A stretch of 61,586 nt of DNA, the filler included. It is 7 parts of 7 records of this genome, joined end to end, with 100 filler letters (N's around TTAATTAATTAA, not from the genome) between each part and the next. Parts side by side here need not be neighbours in the genome. Positions count along the whole stretch, not along the records: positions 1 to 22,100 come from SRR31156797_17327; 6 more parts are not named here. One strand, given 5' to 3'. The notes below the pieces were generated by a model that was given only the letters and a program-made list of their open reading frames with translations, made no database searches and was not told the origin of the DNA. Position numbers and translations under genes: made by a program. Positions 1-9,563 of the stretch are shown here, in pieces; positions within the stretch are counted from its first letter, which is position 1, and each line of letters starts with the position of its first letter.

Positions 1-288
1 GGAACAGGCTCTCGCCCATTAATGGACAGGAACGGTATGAAATTTCTCTTTTTATTAATAGCTTACAATGCCAGTAATAGTCTTTAACGTTGTAGTGTCA
101 TGTATTATTGTGAGTTATTCAGAAACAATTACTTTGTTATCTTAGGTACCACATTACTCTTGTATCTTATTATGCTTTATTGGGTTAGGGTTGGAGATGG
201 ATGCCAGTTAAGTCAAGCGGACTAGTATTGGTTAAAAACAGGGAAGCAAGAGGCTTCCAAATTCGATCAAAATATTTAGGAAGGAGGT

Positions 289-519
289 ATGTCTATGAAA
301 CACACAATGTATTTGGTGATGGCTATGGTACTTGTGATTTCCTTCGCTGGCTGTACTTCAAAAAGTACCAAGATTAAAAACAAGGAGAAGGGAGCAGCCA
401 GCGATGCCCGTATTACCTTAACCAAGAAATATACTGATTGTGTGAGCAAAGCTGCTGGGGATAAAGCAGCGATCGAAGCTTGTGATGCTATTCTCGAATC
501 CATCAAGAAACTTGAGTGA
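289..519 (+). CDS. Small lipoprotein, unknown function
   Basis: Strong SD (AGGAGGT) directly upstream; signal peptide with lipobox FAGC; two further Cys in the helical C-terminal part. Confidence 0.75.
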   Translation: MSMKHTMYLVMAMVLVISFAGCTSKSTKIKNKEKGAASDARITLTKKYTDCVSKAAGDKAAIEACDAILESIKKLE

Positions 520-750
520 GACGATCATCGTGTTCTCAGGCTCTGGGGTAACTGCAAGGAAGTGGTTAAAAAAAACTCCTAGGTCGTATCTAATTCCATT
601 GCCTCCAGAGTCTGCTTCTTCCCGTTGACAGGTAACGGGCGGCTCCTTGATATGGCAGCGAAGGGTAAAAAATATTAAAAAGATGACAAACTCAAAATAT
701 TTACGTCGGTGAATGATCCAACAGTTCCTGGGTGTTAAGCGCACCTCTTG

Positions 751-1075
751 TGACGTGATCAACTAAAAAAGGCACCTTTCTTACGGTGCCTTTTTCCATT
801 CCAATATTATCTCAAAATTATTTGGGCTGAGATAGCATGGATACGAATGGCGTCTCCTGGTATTGTAAAACATCTCAATGTATTCAACGAACTCTCTTCT
901 GGCTGTTTCGTTGGTGGGGTAGAGGTGAATCAATTGCTCTCTGTCTTTTCAAGCTCCCGAATAAACTTTCAGCAACACTGTTATCCCATCAATTGTTCTT
1001 ACGGATCATGCTGCTTGTCATCCGGTTATCTTTGAGTAACTGTTCAAAGCCATTACTGTAATACTGGCTGCCGCG
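751..1075 (-). pseudogene. IS3-family transposase (OrfB integrase-core C-terminus) remnant with one terminal inverted repeat
   Basis: Minus strand reads RGSQYYS...SMIRKNN*WDNSVAESLFGSLK, then after a frameshift ARREFVEYIEMFYNTRRRHSYPCYLSPNNFE (stop at 781-783). These match the IS3 motifs DRGSQY, NCWDNA.AES.F..LK and FYN..R.HS.LGY.SP. IS3-like end TGACGTGATCAACTAAAAAAGGCACC at 751-776. Confidence 0.85.
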
Positions 1076-1643
1076 TTTTCGTATATTTTCTGAGTGATGG
1101 CCAGGCAGGACAAGTTGTTCTTGTGATAATTCTATCGGTTTTGAAAAAGTCGCGATTATTTGAAATAGTAACTCAAAATGGTAAATTCATATTACCAATA
1201 ATTGCAATATTACTGCATAATACCAAACGATTATGGGTGATTTGAATGCGGCCTTCCAACAGAGAAATGACAATCGGATGGAGTTGTTTCGAGAACGTTT
1301 AAGCAATATGTTGAACCTATGGCAAGAGCTCCATCGACTTGCCAGCGTGACCTTCATGATCCGGACCTGTGCGCTGAGTTCCATTAAGTTCAGTGTATAG
1401 CCAAAGGCAAAATCCAGCGTTGAGGATTTAATGGTTTGCAGAGCCTGAAAATGGTTTTTTTCAAGATCGGCTAATCCTGCCAGTGCAAATCTTGGTTCTG
1501 CGACTGCACAATATCTTTGTGCAATCTTTCATATTGTCTAGCAGTCATTCTTTCGATATAATATTACAAATCGTCAGTTATGCAGTTTCTGTATAATCAC
1601 TTGTTCCTGGCGACGTCGTCGCCATAAAAGGGATATCTACGCC

Positions 1644-2051
1644 ATGATCGAAAGACAGCCATTGGGTCCGCTTGTGCTCTTCTGGGTCGCGGTAGCGGTA
1701 ATTGCGGCGTGCGTCTCCGCGTGCGAATTCAACAAACCCGAACGTTCGATGATTGTCACTGTTTCGGCGTACAACTCATTGGCATCACAAACCAATTCCC
1801 AACCAACGGTCGCCGCATGGGAAGATGAGTTGAAGCCCGGAATGAAGGTCGTCGCAGTATCGCGTGACCTCTTGGATGAGGGGCTCACCCGCGGTTTCGT
1901 TCTCAAGATCGAGGGCCTGCCTGGGAAATATGTCGTTCTAGACAAGACTGCAGCTCGTTTCACGAAGCGAGTTGACGTTTACATGGGCTTAGATGTTGAA
2001 GCCGCGAAGGAATTCGGTGTCAAACAGCTAGAAATATCCTGGAGACCGTGA
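1644..2051 (+). CDS. 3D (Asp-Asp-Asp) domain exported protein, probable lipoprotein
   Basis: Signal/lipobox VSAC; motifs SAYNS..QT, VAVSRDLL, VVLD...R...RVDVYMG and A.EFGVK typical of 3D domains. Confidence 0.8.
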   Translation: MIERQPLGPLVLFWVAVAVIAACVSACEFNKPERSMIVTVSAYNSLASQTNSQPTVAAWEDELKPGMKVVAVSRDLLDEGLTRGFVLKIEGLPGKYVVLDKTAARFTKRVDVYMGLDVEAAKEFGVKQLEISWRP

Positions 2052-2400
2052 CCTTATACCACAATCTAGTCCTCGGAATAGATGAGTTAAGTCTCTTCTA
2101 TTCCTTCATTTTATTCATACTCCTGACCGCACTAGCAAAGCCTGCAGCAAAGTACTCGTGTGTTTTTTACTGTTTTCTGCGGAAGCATACGCCTCGTTTC
2201 AACCAAGGCGTATCCTAATTATAACCGACTAAAAATAAAGGTTATTTTTTGGGAAACCGAAGTAGAGGAACCATTGGTGTATCCGGCAAAACATCAAAGC
2301 TAGCAGCTACAATCAATGGATAAACAAGGATGTGTAAACAGGATACATTGCAGGGGCAAAATAAAGGTGTTGGCATTCTCTTTACTATTAGGTTCAAAAT

Positions 2401-3297
2401 ATGAATTGGAATTCAGCCCATAAGAACACATTAGATTATTTGGCCACGGTCGGTGCGGGAATACTCTACTCAATCGCGCTAAAATATTTTGTACTTCCAT
2501 CGAAAGTTATCTTGACGGGAACAGAAGGCGTCGCCTCTGCCCTGTCGTATTATCTAGATAGTTATTGGGTGTTCATTACGTTATATCTGGTGTTCCAAAC
2601 TATATTGCTGGGGTTCGCATATGCTCGTGTCAGCCGTACGTTTGCAACACGTTCATTGATTGTAGTGTCCGCGGTTGTTACCTCCTTAGCATTCTTACCC
2701 GAATTACAATTTGCCCAACCAGAACCGCAAAATGAGCGGATTATTCTAGTAATCTTTGGTGGACTCCTAGCAGGTGTAGCCAAGGCTATTGCATTTCAGC
2801 ACCGTGGATCAACAGGAGATGAAGACATACTTGGTGCTTACTTTGCCATGAAATTTTTAAAGCCAGTTGGTTACATTTCTGTATTTGCGGCTGTGGGGTC
2901 TACCATTTTTGGATTAGTAATGGATTACCTGAAAAACGCTGACGTAGAAACAACTGTCAATACACTAATGTACACCTGTATATATATATTTGTCTCCACG
3001 CAGACTCTTAATAACCTTTACCGTAAATTCAAGATTAAGATGGTGGCAATCGTCACCAGGGATTTTAAAGCGGTGGGTAAAGCCATTAACGCGGAGTTTG
3101 AACATCGTACTTATACATTGCAAACGGGAAAAGGAGGTCGTAGTGGAGAATCTTTCCAGGTGGTAAAAACGATAGTCACCAGTGAAGAGCTAACAAAATT
3201 AATCGACGTAATAGAAAAAGCTGATCCTGAATGTTTTTATTACCATCACCATATCGAAGGAGTTTCAAATCGTTACTATATCGCACCAATAGGTTAA
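2401..3297 (+). CDS. YitT family membrane protein
   Basis: Multiple TM helices, TGTEG and GSTGDED motifs, C-terminal soluble domain of the YitT/DUF2179 type. Confidence 0.85.
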   Translation: MNWNSAHKNTLDYLATVGAGILYSIALKYFVLPSKVILTGTEGVASALSYYLDSYWVFITLYLVFQTILLGFAYARVSRTFATRSLIVVSAVVTSLAFLPELQFAQPEPQNERIILVIFGGLLAGVAKAIAFQHRGSTGDEDILGAYFAMKFLKPVGYISVFAAVGSTIFGLVMDYLKNADVETTVNTLMYTCIYIFVSTQTLNNLYRKFKIKMVAIVTRDFKAVGKAINAEFEHRTYTLQTGKGGRSGESFQVVKTIVTSEELTKLIDVIEKADPECFYYHHHIEGVSNRYYIAPIG

Positions 3298-3434
3298 AAT
3301 TAAATGTCATGTCTTAATAAAGACTGCCAAATCAGATCCAACTTCCATAATTTTTTGTAGAAAGGGTGAAATTGACAACTTTGTTAACTTGCTTTTTTGT
3401 CAGGCTTTGTCTTACTATTGGAGGAGATTTGTAT

Positions 3435-3515
3435 CGATTACATATACAAAGCCAAACCTGCCGAAAGGTAGGGACGGAAAGCCACGGGTCCAAGAGATAG
3501 CCGGGTTGCCTTTAC
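3435..3515 (+). ncRNA. Cyclic di-GMP-I (GEMM) riboswitch aptamer
   Basis: GCCAAACCTGCC-GAAA-GGTAGGGACGGAAAGCCACGGGTC...GATAGCCGGGTTGCC matches the GEMM-I consensus (AAAC..GNRA..GACG.AAAGCC..GG.C...AGC.GGGTTRCC). Confidence 0.92.
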
Positions 3516-3541
3516 TTTATTGAGGCAGTCCGGTTTTTTTT
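3501..3541 (+). terminator. Intrinsic terminator forming the riboswitch expression platform
   Basis: CCGGGTTGCCTT pairs with GAGGCAGTCCGG (with G-U pairs) and is followed by a T-run; the left arm is the 3' end of the aptamer. Confidence 0.85.
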
Positions 3542-3816
3542 ATTGATAGTATTATAAAAAAAACGCGAAGGTTTTTGTTTTCGTACATTTTCCTTTTGTT
3601 GGGGGGAGATGACGATAACCCAAGAACATAATGTCAAACTCGCAAATAACATTTCATGCGATATCATCAAAAAACAGAAAAAGGAGGGTAAAATGGATCA
3701 TGTCGGAAAGTTTAAGGCGTAGCAGTAGAGCTGTTGGTGGCTCACGGCCCTCTCTTCCATGGATATTGGTTTAAAGAGATGAAAACAGTTTTAACAACAT
3801 AACAGAAAGGAGACTT

Positions 3817-4227
3817 TTGATGGGGACGACAATCCAAAAAGGACTTATCTCCTTAGCGATTACGCTGCTGATAAGCCTGCCCTTGACAATTAGTGCGGTA
3901 GAAGTTGACAAGGATGACTTCAATTTTCTAACAACAGAGGATCTCTATTCACTCTGTGCAGCACCGCTTGACGATCCTGATTTTGTTGCAGCCATATATT
4001 CTTGCAAAGGATATATTGCCGGTGCTGTCGATTATCATGATGGTATCAGTAACCGTAAAGATATGAAGCGTTTAATTTGTTACCCTCAAAACACTACGTT
4101 AAAGGAAGGGCGGGAAGCGTTTGTCGCTTGGGCTAAGGACAGAGAAAGCGACACTGTAATTATGGGGGAACAGGCTGTGCTCGGTCTCGTAAAAGCTTTG
4201 ACCGCGAAGTATCCCTGTACAGATTAA
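3817..4227 (+). CDS. Rap1a/Tai-family immunity-like exported protein
   Basis: Signal peptide; pattern L...C....C.GYI.G.VD....IC.P....A...LV.AL...YPC characteristic of Rap1a; SD AAGGAG. Confidence 0.75.
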   Translation: MMGTTIQKGLISLAITLLISLPLTISAVEVDKDDFNFLTTEDLYSLCAAPLDDPDFVAAIYSCKGYIAGAVDYHDGISNRKDMKRLICYPQNTTLKEGREAFVAWAKDRESDTVIMGEQAVLGLVKALTAKYPCTD

Positions 4228-4295
4228 CAAGAAAGTTAGCTTGATTTTTACAACAGCAACTTAGTTATATTTACTTGTAACCAGGGAGTATTTTC

Positions 4296-4520
4296 ATGAA
4301 AAAAATAGCTATTGGTTCAGCTTTAATTCTTCTGTTTTTAACTGGTTGTGGCGAAACAACCGGTAGCCGCTCTCTCAGCGGGGCGGGCATGGGAGCAGCT
4401 GCAGGTGGAGTGGTAGGTTCAATGTCCGGAAATTTCGGTACAGGAGCTGCCATTGGAGCAGGTGTTGGGGCCGTAGGAGGCTATCTGTACGACCAACATA
4501 AAAAGGGAAATATCGATTAG
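4296..4520 (+). CDS. Glycine-zipper (YMGG-like) lipoprotein
   Basis: Lipobox LTGC; GAGMGAAAGGVVG...GAAIGAGVGAVGG glycine zipper. Confidence 0.85.
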   Translation: MKKIAIGSALILLFLTGCGETTGSRSLSGAGMGAAAGGVVGSMSGNFGTGAAIGAGVGAVGGYLYDQHKKGNID

Positions 4521-4614
4521 CAATCCAACCGCCATTCCACGCGTCACCATCCCACACGTTAATTTTAAGTTGTAGGATGGTGGCCAGTTCCAGTTTAAAG
4601 GTAGGCTCGACTAT

Positions 4615-5868
4615 TTAGTCATCAAGAAGCTGGTGCAAACTCCAAAATACCCCCAGGATACCTTCGTGCATCAATACCAGGTCAGCATCATGGACGCTTA
4701 CCAATTCCCCTGAGGAAGCATCTTTAGTAACGAAAGTCACCTTTCCGTCTTGAGAGGCAACAATTGCAATGGAATCTGGCTGGTCGTGGACAAATTGTAC
4801 GGCTGATTGATGGCGTGTCCCTCCAAACTCGGCAAATATTGTATTACTTTTTATGTCATCCTCAATAGGCCTGGTAACTTGAATTTCTGTTGATCCTGCC
4901 AGGGCGTTAATAGCCCTTATCTTCCCGCCAAAGCAAAGAACGTAACGTTCGCTACTCATTACAAGAGCACCATCGGTAGCCGTAAGGCGTCCTATGCGGT
5001 TGCATTGTTCAATTATTTTCAGGCGGAAATCAGCTATCTCTTTGTTCTCAGGATCAACAAACATTTTCAGCAGGCTGCCTGGGCGGTTCCTGACAGCTTT
5101 TGCAGGGGAGGGGAGGACTTTTTGGTCTGTGCTTAAAAGGTCAGCTCTTCCATGGTAGCTGATGGGTTGTTTGATCGATTTTTTCCATCTGCCATCGTCG
5201 GGCACAACAAGAAGAGTACCACCTTGTTGATGATCTCTCATCGATTGTGATAATTGGAGGAGTATAGCAATTTTCAGTAGATGCTGTCCGGGGTAATCAG
5301 AAAAAGTATCATCTGAACAAATTGTTGGCAAAAGTACTTTGTAAAGCCGTTCTGGGTTGAGCAAAACGCCCCTGTTGTCGGTTAATGCTGCTACGCCTCT
5401 GCCGTAGCATGTAATCACAATACTTCCAGGGCGAAGAATTATAACCCGGAGGTTTGTAGTTACATGATTTGGAGACCTCATTTTGAAGCCCCAAATTTTG
5501 AGGCCTCCATCTTCGCCAAACCATATGCAAATATCTGAGAAGCCACTATCCAGCGCTGCCCCGAGCTTAATGAGATGGTATTGAGTAAGAGGGACTGATT
5601 CGTCAAATCGGAATGTATGCAGATCTTGTTTGGGTTTACTTAAGATAAGGGAGACTTTTGATGGAATAAGTTCTTCCGTAGTATGACTCACCCAATAAGC
5701 CGTTTCAATAATAGTCGTGAGATGGTGGAAAGAAAACAAATTGCATTCATCTATATAGTTTGTGAAATCCTTATCAACTGTTACGGACTTATTTATGATG
5801 CTTATTTTTTTCCATACTTGTGCAATAAAATCATCATTGAGTACAAATGCCTGAAGGTGCAATGTCAT
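4615..5868 (-). CDS. Non-canonical diadenylate-cyclase (DAC/DisA_N) domain protein with N-terminal putative sensor domain (DACNV-like)
   Basis: C-terminal motifs GGTLLVV, ATDGALVM, FGGKI, GGTRHQSA and VASQDG correspond to the DAC DGA and RHR motifs; no TM helices. Confidence 0.75.
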   Translation of the reverse strand: MTLHLQAFVLNDDFIAQVWKKISIINKSVTVDKDFTNYIDECNLFSFHHLTTIIETAYWVSHTTEELIPSKVSLILSKPKQDLHTFRFDESVPLTQYHLIKLGAALDSGFSDICIWFGEDGGLKIWGFKMRSPNHVTTNLRVIILRPGSIVITCYGRGVAALTDNRGVLLNPERLYKVLLPTICSDDTFSDYPGQHLLKIAILLQLSQSMRDHQQGGTLLVVPDDGRWKKSIKQPISYHGRADLLSTDQKVLPSPAKAVRNRPGSLLKMFVDPENKEIADFRLKIIEQCNRIGRLTATDGALVMSSERYVLCFGGKIRAINALAGSTEIQVTRPIEDDIKSNTIFAEFGGTRHQSAVQFVHDQPDSIAIVASQDGKVTFVTKDASSGELVSVHDADLVLMHEGILGVFWSLHQLLDD

Positions 5869-5926
5869 CTCCCTGCGGTTGAATGATCATTTTTTACTTT
5901 CCCAGCCCCTTTACTTACGGCTTTTC

Positions 5927-6550
5927 TTACTGAGTACTTTGTGAGATAATAGATTGTGCAATCAGCCTGCTAAACTCTGATACAATTTTATTGAGGGCCG
6001 CCACCTTACTGTCAATATCCTCTCCTGTTGAAGCAGCTTGCGAGACAGCTTTCTCACGTTGCAAAAGTGTTCCTTTACCGTCAAAAATACTCCAGAAGGC
6101 CATCAGCACTGCTGTGCCCTCAACAGTGAAATCCAGTTGATGTATATCAATTTCTACCTGATAATTTGTAGAGATAGAGCTGCGACGATCAAAATCATAA
6201 ATTTCTGGACTGCCAAGTAGCGAAGAGAGGTTGGCAATGAGCACCCGCTTGAGGTTGCGGTTCAATGGCTCTGCCCAATGCTTAAAATCATCCACCAATA
6301 CTTTGGAACCTTTCCCTTGGCTGATGATCTGGTCACGGTCTAGATAGGCAGGGACGGTAATCGGCCCAACAAGAACGGAAACCTGTTCCATACCATCTTG
6401 CGCCAGATTACTATCGGTTTGAATTGGGGTAAGCATGAAAAAACTTGTAGGCTTGCTGATCCCTCCGCAACTTGCCAGTGATAAGGAAAAAAAGATCAGT
6501 ACAAAAGAGGTTATAAATTTTTTCTTCGTAACAATGGTGAGCCTCATCAT
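5927..6550 (-). CDS. PqiC-family ABC transport auxiliary lipoprotein
   Basis: Lipobox LASC; VGPITVPAYLDR..I and HWAEPL motifs; last gene of an MCE operon. Confidence 0.88.
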   Translation of the reverse strand: MMRLTIVTKKKFITSFVLIFFSLSLASCGGISKPTSFFMLTPIQTDSNLAQDGMEQVSVLVGPITVPAYLDRDQIISQGKGSKVLVDDFKHWAEPLNRNLKRVLIANLSSLLGSPEIYDFDRRSSISTNYQVEIDIHQLDFTVEGTAVLMAFWSIFDGKGTLLQREKAVSQAASTGEDIDSKVAALNKIVSEFSRLIAQSIISQSTQ

Positions 6551-7566
6551 TTCTGCCTTCCCCTTAAAATGGATTCTGGGTGCCTTTCAAGATAGCCTGC
6601 AAGGGTTCGTATTGAACGGGACGCGACAGCGATCTCTTCTAGTGCCTTAGCAAGCTTAAATCGCACATCAGAGTCCTCAATAAATTTATCAGCTGTGGCA
6701 AGGGTGTGACTTACATCCGTGAGCGATCTTTGTGCTGTTGTGAAGGTTGCTTGCAACTCTCTTGAAAGAGGATCCACCTCCTCATTAATATTATTGAGCA
6801 GGGTATTGGAGTGAGTTGCGACACTATTGATATCGCTGCTGACCTCCTCCAGCAAGCTTACGGCTCTGGCCAGAGAAGTACTTAATTGGGTAGACAAACC
6901 TTGTGCTTCTTTGTCTATATTTTCAACGAATTGGTCCACATCAGAAACAGTGTCATTCAGGTTGTTGAAAAGTTGAATCAGGGCACCTTTCTCAAGTGCA
7001 GCCTTGACAAGCTGCGTGATTTCTTCCACGTTTACGACGGTTTGTTTCAGAGGCATATCCGCGAACTCTTCGCTTAGCCGTGTAAATTGAGATTTAACAG
7101 TGGGTATCTGCTGATAATCAATATCTGTTTCCTTCAAACTGACGGGTGTTTCGGGAAGGAAATCGAGCTGAATATAGTATTGGCCAGTTACAAGTGACTG
7201 TAAATCAAGCTTTGCGCGTAATCCGCGATTTATAAGAGTAGCCAAGTTCCCTTCCAAGTGGGCTCTCTTGGCGTCCTTAGTCCTGAATTGTTCAACATCA
7301 ATCTCTATGAGAATCGGAATCTCAACCACCATCTTATCTGTATCGGCAAGCAAGGTCATTGATTTAACAGAACCAATCTGTACTCCGCGAAATTTAACGG
7401 GGGCGCCAACACGGAGTCCGGAGACAGTCTCTTCAAAAAAAAGCATATATTCATGGGTGTTTTTGAACAATGTTCCGCGGCCGAAAAGCAGAATTGCCAT
7501 AATGAAAAGGGTGACGGCGCAAACGACAAAGCCCCCGATAACCGCTGTGTTTACCTTTTTTGCCAT
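6547..7566 (-). CDS. MlaD/PqiB-type MCE-domain protein
   Basis: N-terminal TM; VSGLRVGAPVKFRGVQIG, GLRAKL..QSLVTGQ.YIQL, long helical region, C-terminal LERHPESILRG. Confidence 0.92.
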   Translation of the reverse strand: MAKKVNTAVIGGFVVCAVTLFIMAILLFGRGTLFKNTHEYMLFFEETVSGLRVGAPVKFRGVQIGSVKSMTLLADTDKMVVEIPILIEIDVEQFRTKDAKRAHLEGNLATLINRGLRAKLDLQSLVTGQYYIQLDFLPETPVSLKETDIDYQQIPTVKSQFTRLSEEFADMPLKQTVVNVEEITQLVKAALEKGALIQLFNNLNDTVSDVDQFVENIDKEAQGLSTQLSTSLARAVSLLEEVSSDINSVATHSNTLLNNINEEVDPLSRELQATFTTAQRSLTDVSHTLATADKFIEDSDVRFKLAKALEEIAVASRSIRTLAGYLERHPESILRGRQK

Positions 7567-7648
7567 GGTCTTTTCTCTTTGTTTAGCTCTTAGAATATTA
7601 CATGCATAAATACTTTCTTACCCACATGTGCGCGGCAAGGACCATTAT

Positions 7649-8434
7649 CTACTTTTTAGCTTCCTCATAGTCACCTCTTCTTAGAAATTGCTGAATCCTT
7701 GCGTCTCTGCTTTGTTCCAAAAGGTGATGGGGATCTCCGGTGGCAAGCATTGTCCTGGTTTCCGGGTCAAGAAATACAGAGTTGTTGCCGATTGCAAAAA
7801 TACTTGCCAGCTCATGGGTTACAATTACCACTGTGGTGTTAAGGCTGTTACGGAGCTGCAAAATTAGTTCATCCAGTCTTTTGGCACTCACAGGATCTAA
7901 GCCCGCAGACGGTTCATCAAAAAAGAGAAGCTCCGGGTCAAGGGCCATTGCCCTGGCTAACCCAGCCCTCTTTTTCATTCCTCCGCTAATTTCAGAAGGA
8001 TAAAAGGATTCAAACCCGGAAAGCCCGACTAAGGCAAGCTTCAACGCCACCTGGTCGCGGATCGATGCATCATCAAGACCTGTATATTGTCGTAAGGGAA
8101 GGGCGATATTTTCTTCCAGGGTCATAGAACTCCATAATGCACCACTTTGATAGAGCACGCCGATTCCACGTATCATTTCCTTCATTTGTTCTTCGTCACT
8201 GTCCCACAAACTCTTGCTGCCATAATATATTTTTCCTTTGGCAGGAGCTTTAAGGCCGATCATATGCTTAAGCAAGGTACTTTTACCGCAACCGCTGCCA
8301 CCCATGATGATAAAAATATCTCCCTGATTAATGGTGAAATTAAGATCGCGCATAACAACAAAATCACCATAAGCCATGGTTAAACCTGAAACTTTAATTG
8401 CAGGGGTAGGCTCGTTTGCTTGAGTCTGCAGCAT
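7649..8434 (-). CDS. MlaF-like ABC transporter ATP-binding protein
   Basis: Walker A GGSGCGKS, signature ISGGMKKR, Walker B LLFFDEP. Confidence 0.93.
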   Translation of the reverse strand: MLQTQANEPTPAIKVSGLTMAYGDFVVMRDLNFTINQGDIFIIMGGSGCGKSTLLKHMIGLKAPAKGKIYYGSKSLWDSDEEQMKEMIRGIGVLYQSGALWSSMTLEENIALPLRQYTGLDDASIRDQVALKLALVGLSGFESFYPSEISGGMKKRAGLARAMALDPELLFFDEPSAGLDPVSAKRLDELILQLRNSLNTTVVIVTHELASIFAIGNNSVFLDPETRTMLATGDPHHLLEQSRDARIQQFLRRGDYEEAKK

Positions 8435-8435
8435 T

Positions 8436-9563
8436 TTAAATACCTAAAATTGCGCAAATGATAATGATAATTGCTGTAGCGATAATAATGGCAACTATGG
8501 ATGTCACCACAGCTGAAGTTGTCGCATCACCTACAGCTGAGGCGTCTCGGCCACACTGGATACCTCGTAAACAGCCCGCCAGGGAAATCAGGATACCAAA
8601 AACAAATCCCTTGAAAAGGCCAATGAACAAGTCATTCAAGGTCACCGCCTCAATTATTCGATTAAAGTAGATAACTAAATTTATATCATAAACACCGCTG
8701 GCAATGAGCGCCCCCCCTACAACTCCCATGAGATCGGCAAACAAGGTCAGCAGGGGCATCATCAGCGTGAGGGCAATAAGGCGGGGCAGTACCAGAAAAT
8801 TTACAGGAGAAATAGCAAGGGTTTTGAGCGCGTCAATTTCTTCGTTTACCTGCATTGTACCAAGCTGGGCAGCAAATGCGGCACCCGTGCGACCGGCCAT
8901 AATTATACCGGTCATCACTGCACCCATAACACGCACAGTCGCAATCCCAACTAGATCAGCCACGTAAATTTGGGCACCAAACAGCTTAAGCTGCATGATT
9001 CCAACAAATGCGAGTATTACCCCAAACAGAAAACTAATCAGCGAAACGATGGGGACGGCATACGCTCCTGTTTCCTGGAGAAATACCCCAAGATCCGACC
9101 AGCGAATTTTAATTTTTCCTGAAAAGATACGAAAAACAGGCAGTGACACCTCGCCCACAAAGGAAAGTAGCTCTGTAGTGGAATCAAAGAAATCAAGAGT
9201 GTCTTGACCGACGCGTACTAGGAAAGATTGACGGGCTGTCTCGGTAACAATCTCTTTTTTCTTCGGTACAGCCCTGGCCAGTGAATACAGTTGTTTTACC
9301 CCTTCCGGCAGGGCATCGAGGTTTAAAATGATGCCGGCTTCCTGTGTACGGTCAGCAAGTTGGGTTAAAAAAGAGAGAAGGGAACTGTCCCAATCGTCCA
9401 GCAACGATGCCGTGAACACGATCTCGCGGACAGAACTATCCTTAACCTTTTTCCACACAACATCATAACTCGGCTGCTTTTTCTCCATTTGCCAACATCC
9501 GATCACCTCAACATGTAGGATTCCTTTATTGAGACCGGCATGTTTGATTTCAGCGTCTTTCAT
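8436..9563 (-). CDS. MlaE-family ABC permease with N-terminal STAS-like domain
   Basis: AGRTGAAFAAQLGTMQVNEEIDAL and VGDATTSAVV MlaE motifs; N-terminal WDSSLL STAS-like segment. Confidence 0.92.
   Translation of the reverse strand: MKDAEIKHAGLNKGILHVEVIGCWQMEKKQPSYDVVWKKVKDSSVREIVFTASLLDDWDSSLLSFLTQLADRTQEAGIILNLDALPEGVKQLYSLARAVPKKKEIVTETARQSFLVRVGQDTLDFFDSTTELLSFVGEVSLPVFRIFSGKIKIRWSDLGVFLQETGAYAVPIVSLISFLFGVILAFVGIMQLKLFGAQIYVADLVGIATVRVMGAVMTGIIMAGRTGAAFAAQLGTMQVNEEIDALKTLAISPVNFLVLPRLIALTLMMPLLTLFADLMGVVGGALIASGVYDINLVIYFNRIIEAVTLNDLFIGLFKGFVFGILISLAGCLRGIQCGRDASAVGDATTSAVVTSIVAIIIATAIIIIICAILGI

Noticed and set aside
520..750. Possible structured RNA (GGCTCTGGGGTAA with TTGCCTCCAGAGTC; CCCGTT-loop-AACGGG)
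   Set aside because: The stems are plausible but match no RNA family I recognise, and there is no second copy to show covariation.
765..795. Hairpin as a dedicated rho-independent terminator
   Set aside because: Better explained as the IS3 end plus the transposase stop region; it may act as a terminator only incidentally.
837..1384. ORFs 837-1061, 847-1035 and 1187-1384
   Set aside because: Antisense shadows of the IS3 remnant or non-protein-like sequence without an SD.
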